From: an uncultured Gemmatimonadales bacterium | Lineage (GTDB): Bacteria; Gemmatimonadota; Gemmatimonadetes; Gemmatimonadales; Gemmatimonadaceae | Direction of reading: 5' to 3' | Length of the DNA stretch: 64,000 bases | NCBI GenBank assembly: GCA_963851265.1 | Contig: CAWKNZ010000002.1 | Coordinates: 768,001-832,000, forward strand | Shown here: positions 29,443 through 40,200 of the stretch, one piece after another | Layout: each line of letters begins with the position of its first letter | How positions within the stretch are numbered: position 1 is the stretch's first letter | The notes under the pieces: model-generated | The model's input: only the letters and a program-made list of their open reading frames with translations | The model's database searches: none | Told to the model about the DNA's origin: nothing | Made by a program: the position numbers and the translations under genes

Positions 29443-30468
29443 TCATCGCGCCGCCGTCGTCTGCCCGAGCGCGCCCGCGATCATCGCCGGCGTCTGCTCG
29501 CGCATGCACCGCCAGTGTCCGAGCGGGCACACCCGCGGCCCGTGGCGGTCACACGGCCGGCACGCGAGGTCGTGCACCCCGGTCGTCGCGCTTTCCGGTG
29601 CGAGCGGCCCGAATCCGAAGGCCGGCACCGTCGGCCCGAACACCGTCAGCGTCGGCGTGCCCATCGCCGACGCGAGGTGCTGCGGCGCGGAGTCGTTGGT
29701 CACGAGTCGAACCGCCCGGCCGATCAACTCCGCGCTCGCGAGCAACGAGAGTCGTCCCGTCGCGTCGATCGCCCGCCCGGCCGGACAGGCGGCGACGATC
29801 GCCGATGCGAACTCGCGATCGTCGACTCCGCCCACGACTACGACCGCCACGTCGCCCGCCATCCGCGCCGCGAGCTCCGCGTAGTACGGCCACCGCTTCG
29901 TCGCCCACACGCTCCCCGGTGCCATCGCCACGAACGCCGCGCCGCCGAGCGGCCCGAGCACCGCGTCGACCGCCTCGCGTTCCGCGACGCCGGGGTACAG
30001 CCGCGGCCGCACTTCGTCCGCACTCGGCGCGGCGCCAAGCGCATCGGTCGGCAGCGCCAACGCCCAGAGTCGCTCCGTGTGGTGCCGGTCCGCCCGGTAG
30101 CGCACGACGCGCGTGTACAGCGCCCGCGCGTTCCGCGACGTGTCGAACCCGACCCGCTCGCCGGCGCCCGCGAGCACCGCGAGCACGGCACTGCGTGGCG
30201 ACCCCTGCGCCATGTACGCCGCCGCGTACGGCCCGCCGTCGCGCAGCCTCCGTCCGAGGCGCCACGTCCCGCGGAGGCCGCCGTCCCGCCCCCGCTTGTC
30301 GTAGACCAGCAGGTGCCTAACGAACGGATCGTGCGCCAGCAGCGCGTCCGCCCCCGCCCGCACCACCACGTCGACCGGTCCGCGTCGCGCCAACTCCCGG
30401 ATCAGCGGCGTGGTGAGCACGACATCGCCCAAGAACGACGTCTGCACCACGAGACTCGCTTCGGCCAC
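29443..30468 (-). CDS. Glycosyltransferase family 9 (heptosyltransferase-like)
   Basis: FLGDVVLTTP, APGSVWATKRWP, VTNDSAPQHLA, FGPT, C-x2-C...C...C tail; start could be 30483. Confidence 0.9.
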   Translation of the reverse strand: MAEASLVVQTSFLGDVVLTTPLIRELARRGPVDVVVRAGADALLAHDPFVRHLLVYDKRGRDGGLRGTWRLGRRLRDGGPYAAAYMAQGSPRSAVLAVLAGAGERVGFDTSRNARALYTRVVRYRADRHHTERLWALALPTDALGAAPSADEVRPRLYPGVAEREAVDAVLGPLGGAAFVAMAPGSVWATKRWPYYAELAARMAGDVAVVVVGGVDDREFASAIVAACPAGRAIDATGRLSLLASAELIGRAVRLVTNDSAPQHLASAMGTPTLTVFGPTVPAFGFGPLAPESATTGVHDLACRPCDRHGPRVCPLGHWRCMREQTPAMIAGALGQTTAAR

Positions 30469-30505
30469 GGCCCCGCGCGCCACCCCGTCCCGAAAACCGC
30501 GGCCG

Positions 30506-32302
30506 CTAGTCGACCTGCAGGACGGCCAGGAACGCCTCCTGCGGAATTTCCACCGCGCCCACCTGCTTCATCCGCTTCTTCCCCTCCTTCTGCTTCTCCA
30601 GAAGCTTGCGCTTCCGCGAGATGTCCCCGCCGTAGCACTTCGCGAGCACGTCCTTCCGCAACGGCTTGACCGTCGTGCGCGCGATGACCTTCTGCCCGAT
30701 CGCGGCCTGGATCGCCACCTCGAACAGCTGTCGCGGAATCAGCTCCTTGAGCTTGTCCGCGATCTTCCGCCCCCAGTCGTACGCCTTGTCCTTGTGGATG
30801 ATGACCGAGAATGCGTCGATCGGGTCGCCGTTGATCAGCATGTCGAGGCGCACGAGGTCGCTCTCGCGGTAGCCGAGCATCTCGTAGTCGAGCGAGGCGT
30901 AGCCGCGGCTGACGGTCTTCATCCGGTCGAAGAAGTCGAGGATGATCTCGCCGAGCGGAAACTCCCAGTCGAACTCGACGCGCTCCGCGTCGAGGTACGT
31001 CATGTTCTTGTACACGCCGCGCCGCTCCGTGCCTAACGTCATCAGCGGCCCGATGTAGTCCTTCGGCGCCATGATCCGCGCCTTGACGTACGGCTCCTCC
31101 ACCCGGTCGATCACCGCCGGCGCGGGCATGAGCGACGGATTCTCGACCGTGACCAGCTCGCCGTCGGTCCGGTACACCTTGTACTCCACGCTCGGCACCG
31201 TCGTGACGAGGTCGAGGTCGAACTCGCGCTCCAGCCGCTCCTGCACGATCTCCATGTGCAGCAGCCCGAGGAACCCGCAGCGAAACCCGAAGCCCAACGC
31301 CGTCGACGTCTCCGGCTCGTACTGCAGCGACGCGTCGTTCAGCTGCAGCTTCTCGAGCGCGTCGCGGAGCAGCTCGTACTGCGTGGTGTCGGTCGGGTAG
31401 ATCCCCGCGAACACGAACGAGCGCACCTCCTGGTACCCGGGCAGCGCCTCGGGCGCCTTGTTGGTCGCGTCGAACACCGTGTCGCCCGCCCGCGTCTCGC
31501 GCACGGAGCGCACGTTCGCCACCACGTAGCCCACCTCGCCCGGCCCGAGCTGGTCGGCCTGCACCTGCCGCAGCTGGTTGTACCCGACCTCGGCCACCTC
31601 GTACACCGCGTCGTTCGTGCCGAAGGTGATCTGCATCTTCGGCTTGAGCACGCCGTCGACGACGCGCACGCTCGGGATCGCGCCGCGGTACTTGTCGTAG
31701 TACGAATCGTAGATGAGCGCGCGGAGCGGACCGCCCGCGTCGCCCACCGGCGCCGGCACGCGCTCGACCACCGCTTCGAGCAACTCGCTGATCCCGATCC
31801 CGGCCTTCGCCGACACGCGCAGGATGCCGTCCGCGTCCACGCCTAACAGGTCCGACACTTCCTGCGCGCGGCGGTCCGGCTCGGCACCCGGCAGGTCGAT
31901 CTTGTTCAGGATCGGGATGATCTCGAGCCCCGCGTCCATGGCGAGGAACAGGTTCGAGAGCGTCTGCGCCTGGATCCCCTGGCTCGCGTCGACCACGAGC
32001 ACCGCGCCCTCGCACGCGGCGAGCGACCGCGACACCTCGTACGTGAAGTCGACGTGCCCGGGCGTGTCGATCAGGTTCAGCTCGTACGTCTCGCCGTCCT
32101 TCGCCGTGTAGCTCATCCGCACGGCGTTCAGCTTGATCGTGATCCCGCGCTCCCGCTCCAGATCGAGCGTGTCGAGCACCTGGGCTTTCATCTCACGCTT
32201 CTGCAGCATGCCCGTGAACTCGATCAGCCGGTCGGCGAGCGTCGACTTGCCGTGGTCGATGTGGGCGACGATGCAGAAGTTGCGGATCCTGTCGAGCTGC
32301 AA
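30506..32302 (-). CDS. lepA: Elongation factor 4
   Basis: [53 protein letters not shown]; probable TTG start. Confidence 0.97.
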   Translation of the reverse strand: MQLDRIRNFCIVAHIDHGKSTLADRLIEFTGMLQKREMKAQVLDTLDLERERGITIKLNAVRMSYTAKDGETYELNLIDTPGHVDFTYEVSRSLAACEGAVLVVDASQGIQAQTLSNLFLAMDAGLEIIPILNKIDLPGAEPDRRAQEVSDLLGVDADGILRVSAKAGIGISELLEAVVERVPAPVGDAGGPLRALIYDSYYDKYRGAIPSVRVVDGVLKPKMQITFGTNDAVYEVAEVGYNQLRQVQADQLGPGEVGYVVANVRSVRETRAGDTVFDATNKAPEALPGYQEVRSFVFAGIYPTDTTQYELLRDALEKLQLNDASLQYEPETSTALGFGFRCGFLGLLHMEIVQERLEREFDLDLVTTVPSVEYKVYRTDGELVTVENPSLMPAPAVIDRVEEPYVKARIMAPKDYIGPLMTLGTERRGVYKNMTYLDAERVEFDWEFPLGEIILDFFDRMKTVSRGYASLDYEMLGYRESDLVRLDMLINGDPIDAFSVIIHKDKAYDWGRKIADKLKELIPRQLFEVAIQAAIGQKVIARTTVKPLRKDVLAKCYGGDISRKRKLLEKQKEGKKRMKQVGAVEIPQEAFLAVLQVD

Positions 32303-32588
32303 CGGACGGGTCGGGAAGTGGGAAACGGCCGCACTCGGGGCGCGCACGGGCGACGACGTCGCCCCACCGCCTGGTGCCGCGATTGGGCGCGAGACGGGCC
32401 GCGCACGACGGACGACACGTCTCCAACGGCGCCCGCCGCGCGCGGCCCGGGCCGCCACCACCGGACGCGCAAGTGACTGTCACAGCGAAATATAGCGGCC
32501 CCGCGCCGAAGATCCCGGCGCGGGGCCCTCAGAACGCCGCGCCGTTCCGCGCTGCGCTCGACGGCGTGCGAACGACCCGACTACCCTC

Positions 32589-34073
32589 TCATTGCGGGCG
32601 ACCGGTGCGCGCCCCGCCGCTCTGCGACGCCGAGCCCGCGCTCGGTGCGGCCACGCCCGTCGAACGACTCGGTCCCGACGACCCACTCGAGCCGCCGGAT
32701 GCGCCGGAAGTGCCGGAGAACGCTGAGGGTCGCGCGACGCTCGCCGGCATGTGCGACGCCACGGGCGGACTGACCGCCGGGTGCGCGCCGCCGTAGGGCT
32801 GTCGCCCATTCCACGCCGACCCGCCGGCCGGGGCCCGGACGATCGCGTGCGCCCACGGCTGTTCCCCCGCTCCCCGACGTTCGGTCGGATGCACGAACGA
32901 AGGCAGGCGTTCGCCGAGCGTCACCCGCGGAGTGAATGCGGCCGCTTCCCCCGGGGTACGCCCGGCGTCGAGGGGCCGCCACGCGAGGCGGCCCGGAAGC
33001 TGCGCCGCGGCCGCCGCCGTTCCCGCGCGGGCGCTTCCGGCCGAACCGGTCGTCCCGACCACCTGCAGCGACCCGATGCTGTTAGGCGTCCGCGGGACGC
33101 GGAGGTCGGGTTTGGCCCGGATCGGACCGTTGCCGAGGACGACGCCGTACCCGATCGGGTAGCCGTACCCGTAGCCGAAGCCGTATCCGGGATAGCCGCC
33201 GTAGGGCCCCGTGCCGGGGTAGTACCCCCCGTTGTACGCGTACGAACCGTAGCTTCCGTAGCCGTACGCGTCGCCCGCGCACCCCCCGTAGAAGGCCTCG
33301 GGCGCGAGCGCCGCGCGGTACTGCGCCAGCGGGAGGAGCGCGTACGAACTCCAACTCAGCGCCGGCGAGTACAGCCAGTCGGGGTTGATGCTCAGCCGCT
33401 GGTCGGCCGGTGTGAACACCGCCCACAGCGCGCGATAGTAGCTGTAGTCGTGCACGTCCTCCACCGGACGCGCGCACGTTTCGACGAACGCCTGTTCGGC
33501 CACGCGGAGCGAGGGACCGACGTAGGCGTAGTCCGATCCGTACGCCGGCGCGTCAGGGAGCACCCACCGGGCGACTTCCGCGATCGTGCTGTCGGGGTTC
33601 CGCGCGCCCACGTTCATCACGTGCGACCAGTCGCTCCCGGTGCCGAACGACGACAGGTTGAGCGGCGTGTCGGAGGTGAGCACGAACACGAACGGCACGC
33701 GCGAGAAGTCGGTCGACGGCGAGAGGAACTCGCGGTCGAGGGACTGGAGCATCGGGGCGAGCACGTAGCTCGTGCCGGCCGCCGTCCGCAGCTTTTGGCG
33801 CGGCGACGCCGGCGTGATCACCCGTACGCGGCCACGTTGATCGACCTCGAACGCCGCCGTGTACGCGTCGCGCGTCGTCGAGTACGCGAGGAAGCCGGCC
33901 CCCACCCCGGTCGGGCTCCCGTCGGACGCGGAGAACGCGACGTCCGGCGCGGGCAGATCGGCTTCTTCCGGCCGCGGCGCCACACCGGCCGGCGGCATGA
34001 TGCACGCCGCGGCGAGCGAGACGAGCCCCGCAGCCGCGGCGCTGCGCAGTGTCCGATGGGCGACGTGATGCAT
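32589..34073 (-). CDS. Putative lipoprotein, DUF4384-like N-domain, Tyr/Gly-rich centre, disordered tail
   Basis: Lipobox LAAAC; TRDAYTAAFEVDQRGRVRVITP; GYGFGYGYGY. Confidence 0.7.
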   Translation of the reverse strand: MHHVAHRTLRSAAAAGLVSLAAACIMPPAGVAPRPEEADLPAPDVAFSASDGSPTGVGAGFLAYSTTRDAYTAAFEVDQRGRVRVITPASPRQKLRTAAGTSYVLAPMLQSLDREFLSPSTDFSRVPFVFVLTSDTPLNLSSFGTGSDWSHVMNVGARNPDSTIAEVARWVLPDAPAYGSDYAYVGPSLRVAEQAFVETCARPVEDVHDYSYYRALWAVFTPADQRLSINPDWLYSPALSWSSYALLPLAQYRAALAPEAFYGGCAGDAYGYGSYGSYAYNGGYYPGTGPYGGYPGYGFGYGYGYPIGYGVVLGNGPIRAKPDLRVPRTPNSIGSLQVVGTTGSAGSARAGTAAAAAQLPGRLAWRPLDAGRTPGEAAAFTPRVTLGERLPSFVHPTERRGAGEQPWAHAIVRAPAGGSAWNGRQPYGGAHPAVSPPVASHMPASVARPSAFSGTSGASGGSSGSSGPSRSTGVAAPSAGSASQSGGARTGRPQ

Positions 34074-34286
34074 GACGGCGGCCCTCAAAGCGGATGGTGA
34101 ACCCGCCGCGCGCCGGCGACCGGCGAACGCGGCAGTGCGTGAACTTACGTCCCGTGATGAAACCCCGCACAGCCAGCGATGGTTGCCACGGGTGCCCACG
34201 ACGCGTGCAACTCTCGGGCGCGGCGCCAGCAGGGCGCGTCGCGGCCCGCTGACGCCGCGCCCGACTCACAGTTACGCATTCGCCCG

Positions 34287-35291
34287 ATGCCGACGCTCCG
34301 CGCCGATCTCGCCGACCCCACTACGCTCGCAGCCCTCGGGGACCTCGAGATCGTCGCGCGTTGGGTCGTCGACGGATTCCTGACCGGCCTTCACCGGTCG
34401 CCCCGCCGCGGATTCTCGGCCGAATTCGCCGAGCACCGCGCCTACCAGCCGGGCGATGACCTGCGCTACCTCGACTGGCGCATCGCCGCGCGCGCCGACC
34501 GCTGGGTGGTGAAGCAGTTTGAAGAGGAGACGAACCTGCGCGCCGCGCTCGTCCTCGACGTCAGCCGGTCGATGCACTGGTCGGGCGCGGTCGCCCCGCG
34601 CGCGGGCCGCCCCGCCCGCATCACGAAGCTGGCCTACGCCCAGCGCCTCTGTGCCGCGCTCTCGCTCCTGCTCCTGCGCCAACGCGACGCAGTCGGTGCC
34701 GTGCTCGTCGACGACGCCGTGCGGGCCGCCGTGCCCCCGCGCGCGCACCGCGACCAGTGGCGGCGCGTCCTCACCGCACTCGCCTCCGCCGACGCACTGC
34801 CACCGCGAGCAGGCGGACTCGGAATCCCGGAACGCGCGAATCGCGGCGATCGGACGGGTGCCGCGCGCGTGCCGTCGGTCGGCTCCGCGCCCGCGCTCGG
34901 CATCGCCCACGCAACGCGCCTCGTCCCCCGGGCGGGCTTGGTCGTGCTCGTCTCCGACCTGCTCGTCGACGTCGACCCGGTGCGCGACGCCCTGGCCGCC
35001 GCCCGCGCCGCGGGCCACGACGTCGCCGTGATCCAGGTGCTCGACCCGACCGAGCGCGACTTCGACCTCGCGGTCACGGACGGGCGTTTCGAGGATCCCG
35101 AAACGGGCCAGGCCGTGAGCGCGAGCGTCGCGGCCGTCCGCGCCGACTACGCGCGCGCGATGGCCGACGCCCTCGCGACGTGGCGGGACGTCTGCCGCCA
35201 GCTCGGCGCGCGCTACGCCCTCGCCACGACGGACGGGCCGTTCGGTCCCCCCTTGCGCGCCGCGTTCGCCGCGCGCGAAGCGCTCGCGTGA
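34287..35291 (+). CDS. DUF58 (vWA-like) protein
   Basis: GFSAEFAEHRAYQPGDDLRYLDW, VKQFEEE, LDVSRSM, LVSD. Confidence 0.92.
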   Translation: MPTLRADLADPTTLAALGDLEIVARWVVDGFLTGLHRSPRRGFSAEFAEHRAYQPGDDLRYLDWRIAARADRWVVKQFEEETNLRAALVLDVSRSMHWSGAVAPRAGRPARITKLAYAQRLCAALSLLLLRQRDAVGAVLVDDAVRAAVPPRAHRDQWRRVLTALASADALPPRAGGLGIPERANRGDRTGAARVPSVGSAPALGIAHATRLVPRAGLVVLVSDLLVDVDPVRDALAAARAAGHDVAVIQVLDPTERDFDLAVTDGRFEDPETGQAVSASVAAVRADYARAMADALATWRDVCRQLGARYALATTDGPFGPPLRAAFAAREALA

Positions 35292-35407
35292 TGCCGCGCC
35301 GCGGACCCGCGCCCGGCTCGCGCCCGACACCGCGCCGCTGACGCCGAAGGGCTGACGCCGTCGGGCTGACGCCCACGTCACCCCTCGCGCCCTCGCGCCC
35401 TCGACCG

Positions 35408-37273
35408 ATGCAATTCCTCGCACCACTCTGGCTCGCCCTCGGCGCGGCGACCGCCGTTCCGCTCCTGCTTCACCTCTGGAATCGGCGGCGCGCCGGCGAG
35501 CGCGTGCTCTTTCCGGCTGTGCGCCTGCTCGCGGCCGCCACCGAGGCGCGCGGTGCGGCCGTCCGGATCCGCGACTGGCTCCTGCTCGCGCTCCGCGTGC
35601 TCGCGGTCGTGCTCATCGCCGTCGCCGCGGCCCAACCGTCCGTTCGCGGTCGCGTCGGCACGCGCGCGCCGAGCTCCGTGGCGCTCGTGCTCGACAACTC
35701 GCTCAGCACGAGCGTAGTCGTCGGCGGCCGCCCCGTGCTCGACGCACTGCGCTCTGAACTTCGCGCCGCGCTCGCCGCGCTCGCGCCCCTCGACCACGCA
35801 TGGCTCCTCACCGCGGACGGCACGGTGGTCGCCGGCGACGCCGCGACGGTGCGCGCCGCACTAGCCGCCGTCCGTCCGCTCGCCGGGGCCGGCGACGTGC
35901 CCGGCGCGCTCCGCCGCGCGGCGGCCCTCGTCGTCGGTGCCGCCCGGTCAACGCCCGGTGACGCCGGCAGTGTGGGCGCCGTCGTGCTCGCCACCGACGC
36001 TCAGGCCACCACGTGGACGCGACCGGTCACGCTCGCCGGCGTTCGCGTCGGGATCGTGCGCGCGCGCGGTGACGCCCCTGCCGATCGCGGAGTGACGGCC
36101 GTCGCCGCCGAGCCCGCGCGCTGGAGCCCGGACGGCGCGATCACGGGCCGCCTCACCGGTGCCGGCGACTGGACGGTCGTCCTCCGCGATAGCGCCGGCG
36201 CGATCGCGGCCACGTCGCGGGGCACCGCCGCGCCCGCCGACAGCTTCGCCGTACGCGTCGCACTGCGCCCCGCCGCCCGCGGCTGGCTCGCCGGCACGCT
36301 CGCCGTGGCACCCGACGAGCTGCGCGGGGACGACGCGCGTCACCTCGCGGTGTTCGTCGGCGCGGCACCACGCCTCGTCGCGGACCCGTCCGCGGGCGCG
36401 TTTGCCGCGGTCGGCGTCGCGACCCTCGTCGAAGGACGTGCCGTGAGCCCGCCCGACGCCGACGCGCCGCGCGTGACCGAGCCCGATGCCGCGACCCGTC
36501 TCCCTGCGGTGCTCGTCGCGCCGTCGGACCCGGCCCGGCTGGCCGTCGCGAACCGCGCCCTCGACCGGCTCGGCGTTCCGTGGCGCTTCGCCGCACGCGT
36601 CGACGTACCCACCACAGCGACGTTCCGCACCGGGACGCCCGTGCCGGTGGTCCGCCGGTGGCACTTGGACGCGCGCGCCGGTCGTGTCGCGCGCGCGGCG
36701 GATACCGTCGCGCTCGCCGGTGGTGAACCGTGGATCGTCGCCGGCGATCGGTACGTCCTGCTCGCCTCGCCGCTCGACACCGCCTGGACGCCGTTCCCGG
36801 CCCGCGCCGCGTTCCTCCCGTGGCTGGCCGGCTCGGCGGCGCGGCTCGCCGATCCGGCCGGGGTCGCCACCCGGCCACTCGCGGCCGCGCCCGGCGCGCC
36901 GATCGTCCCGCCCGCTGGCGCCGACGCGCTGCTCGGCCCCGACGGCCCGCACCCCGTTCGCGACGCGCGCGTCACCGCTCCAGATCAACCGGGCGTTTAC
37001 TTTTGGCTCCGAGCGGGTGCCCGCGTGGGCGCACTCGTCGTCGACCCGGAAGCTGAGGAAGTCGTGCTGGCGCGGTTGGATGCAAAGGGGATGGGCGAGC
37101 GTGTTCGCGTGGGGGCGGGCGGGGCGGTGGACGTGGGAACCGACGGCGCCGACGCCGCGGCGTTCGCGTTAGGCACGGGCGGCCGCCGTTCGCTCGGCGC
37201 GCTGCTCGCGGCCGGCGCCGTGCTGCTCCTCGCCGGCGAGGCGCTGGCCGCGCGCTCGCGCGCCTCGGCCTGA
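35408..37273 (+). CDS. BatA-domain/vWA membrane protein
   Basis: MQFLAPLWL...PLLLHL, LLLALR, LDNSLS MIDAS-like, C-terminal TM. Confidence 0.85.
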   Translation: MQFLAPLWLALGAATAVPLLLHLWNRRRAGERVLFPAVRLLAAATEARGAAVRIRDWLLLALRVLAVVLIAVAAAQPSVRGRVGTRAPSSVALVLDNSLSTSVVVGGRPVLDALRSELRAALAALAPLDHAWLLTADGTVVAGDAATVRAALAAVRPLAGAGDVPGALRRAAALVVGAARSTPGDAGSVGAVVLATDAQATTWTRPVTLAGVRVGIVRARGDAPADRGVTAVAAEPARWSPDGAITGRLTGAGDWTVVLRDSAGAIAATSRGTAAPADSFAVRVALRPAARGWLAGTLAVAPDELRGDDARHLAVFVGAAPRLVADPSAGAFAAVGVATLVEGRAVSPPDADAPRVTEPDAATRLPAVLVAPSDPARLAVANRALDRLGVPWRFAARVDVPTTATFRTGTPVPVVRRWHLDARAGRVARAADTVALAGGEPWIVAGDRYVLLASPLDTAWTPFPARAAFLPWLAGSAARLADPAGVATRPLAAAPGAPIVPPAGADALLGPDGPHPVRDARVTAPDQPGVYFWLRAGARVGALVVDPEAEEVVLARLDAKGMGERVRVGAGGAVDVGTDGADAAAFALGTGGRRSLGALLAAGAVLLLAGEALAARSRASA

Positions 37274-37289
37274 CCGGACGCGCACGCGC

Positions 37290-40200
37290 ATGGCCCTTCC
37301 CACCCTGCTCGAGGCGATCGAGCGACTCCCAGCGTTCACGCGACTCGTCCAGACGCTGCCCGGCCCGCGCGGGCGCGTGTCCATCGGCGGGCTCCATGGG
37401 TCGAGCGACGCGGTCCTCCTGGCCGCCCTCGTACGGCGCTACCCGCAGCGGCTGTTCGTCCTGCTTGCCCCGACCGTCCCCGACGCCGAGCGCTGGTTGG
37501 CGGACCTCGACGCCGTCGGCGGCGGGTTGAAGACGGCGCTCTACCCGCACCGCGAGTCGTTCGGCGAGGTCGAGGCGCACACGGAGGTCGCCGGCGAACG
37601 CGTGGAGACCCTGGAGCGCCTCACGCGCGGCGACGTGCAGCTCCTGCTCACGACGCCGCGCGCGGTGCTCGAGCGCACGCAGCTGCCGCGCGCGCTGCAG
37701 GAGGCCCGGCTCGAGTTGCGCCGCGGCGACGTGTGGCGCCCCGAGGATCTCGCCGCCCATCTCGCCCGGGTCGGCTTCGAGCGCGTCCCGCTCGTCGACG
37801 ACGTCGGCCAGTACTCGGTCCGCGGCGGCATCTTCGACATCTACGGCTTCGGCATGGCCGAGCCGGTCCGGCTGGAGTTCTGGGGCGACGAGATCTCGGA
37901 GCTGCGTCACTTCGACCTCTTCTCGCAGCGGTCGACCCGCGCGGCCGAAGTCGCGGTCGTTCTGCCCGTCGACGGACGCGCGCATGGCGTCGGCGCCGGC
38001 GAGCGCGGCGCGACGGACGGCGCGTCGGGACCCGACGCGTTCGAGCGCGTCACGCTCGCCGAACTGTGGACCCCCGACGCGGTGCTCTTCCTCCCCGACG
38101 GGCTCGACGTCGGCCTCGAGCTGCGCCGCACCTGGGACGAGGCGCAGCACCACCTCGACCTCGCGCGCCGCCGTGGCGAGGACGTCCCGAAGCGCGAAAC
38201 GCTCTACCTCGACCCGGCCGACGCCGCGCGCCGCCTCGCGGCGTTCGGCGCCGTCGCCGAAGTTGCGCCCGCCGGCGACGGGGTCGCGCCCGCCGACGTC
38301 GGCTTCCCGACACGCGCCCCCGAGCGCATCGACCGCGACATCCGCGCGCTGCGCCGGCTCGTGCGCGACGGGCTGCCCACCATCATCCTCTGCGACAATC
38401 AGGGGCAGGCCGAGCGGCTCGACGAGCTGCTCAACGAGGACGAGCGCCAGCCCTCGCCCGCGGGCCTCGTCATCGGCGTGTTGGGCGGCGGCTTCGTCAT
38501 CCCGTCGGCGCTCCGCGTCCTCACCGACCACGAGATCTTCCGCCGCGACCGGCGCATCCGCCGGGCGCGCAAGTACAGCGCGGGCACCGCGCTCGACGCG
38601 GCGAGCGCGCTCAAGCCGGGCGACTTCGTCGTGCATCTCGAGCACGGCGTCGGCGTGTACCGCGGCATCGAGACCAAGTTCGTCGGCACCGGCACGATCG
38701 AGGTGGCCGTCATCGAGTACGAGGGTGGAGACAAGCTCAACGTCCCGCTCTACCGCCTCGACCAGGTCGAGCGCTACCGCGCGGCGGGCGAGGGCGACGC
38801 GGACGCGCCCCCACCGCGCCTCCACCGGTTAGGCGGAAAACGCTGGTCGCAGCAGCGCGACAAGACGCGCGCCGCGATCCAGGAGATGACGGTCGAGCTT
38901 CTCGACCTCTACGCGCGCCGCAAGGTCGCCGGCCGCCCCGCCCACGCGCCCGACGGCGCCTGGCAACGCCAGCTTGAGTCGAGCTTCCTCTTCGAGGACA
39001 CGCCCGACCAGCGCCGCGCGACGGTCGACATCAAGCAGGACATGGAGGGCCCGCGCCCGATGGATCGCCTGCTCGTCGGCGACGTCGGGTACGGCAAGAC
39101 CGAGATCGCCGTGCGCGCCGCGTTCAAGGCCGTGCAGACCGGGCGCCAGGTGGCCGTCCTCGTCCCGACCACCATCCTCGCCGACCAGCACTACCGCACC
39201 TTTTCCGAGCGTTTCGCCGACTTCCCGATCCGCGTCGAGGTCCTCTCGCGGTTCCAGAGCGCGAAGGAGCACGCGGCCACGTTGTCGGCGCTCGCCGAGA
39301 AGAAGGTCGACGTGATCATCGGCACGCACCGGCTGCTCTCGCCCGACGTCGTGTTCCGCGACCTCGGCCTGATCGTCGTCGACGAGGAGCACCGCTTCGG
39401 AGTCAAGCACAAGGAGCGCCTCAAGCAGCTCCGCCTCGAGACCGACGTCCTGACGCTCACGGCCACGCCGATCCCGCGCACGCTGCACCAGTCGCTCGCG
39501 GGGCTGCGCGACATGACGCTCATGCAGACTCCGCCGCGCGACCGCTCGCCCGTGCTCACGTTCGTCGAGCCGAGCATGGACGACGGGTTGATCGAGGAAG
39601 GGATCGCGCGCGAGCTCGACCGCGGCGGGCAGGTCTTCTTCGTCCACAACCGCGTCGAGACCATCGAGGCCGTCGCCGATCACATCCGCCGAGTCGTGCC
39701 TCGCGCGCGCGTCGCGGTCGGGCACGGGCAGATGAAAGAGCGCGAGCTCGAGGACGTGATGCGCCGCTTCGTCGCGGGCGAGATCGACGTGCTCGTCTCG
39801 ACGCTGATCGTCGAGACCGGGCTCGACGTGCCGAACGCGAACACGATGTTCGTGAACAACGCCCACCACTTCGGCCTCGCCCAGCTGTACCAGCTGCGCG
39901 GGCGCGTGGGCCGCTCGCACCGCCGCGCGTACTGCTACCTCATGGTGCCCGACGGCATCGACGAGGACGCCGAGCGACGCCTTTCCGTGCTCGAGCACCA
40001 CACCGAGCTCGGCGCCGGGTACCGCGTCGCCCTCAAGGACATGGAGCTGCGCGGCGCGGGCAACCTCCTCGGCCCCGAGCAGAGCGGCTTCGTGCACGCG
40101 GTCGGCTTCGACATGTACCTGCGCATGCTCGACGAGACGGTGCGCCGCCTGGCCAACGGCGACGCGCCGCCCAAGCCCACGCCGTCGGACGTCTCGCTCG

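Noticed and set aside
32303..32472. Long lepA leader as a riboswitch
   Set aside because: No recognisable Rfam motif by eye; GC-rich pairing alone is uninformative.
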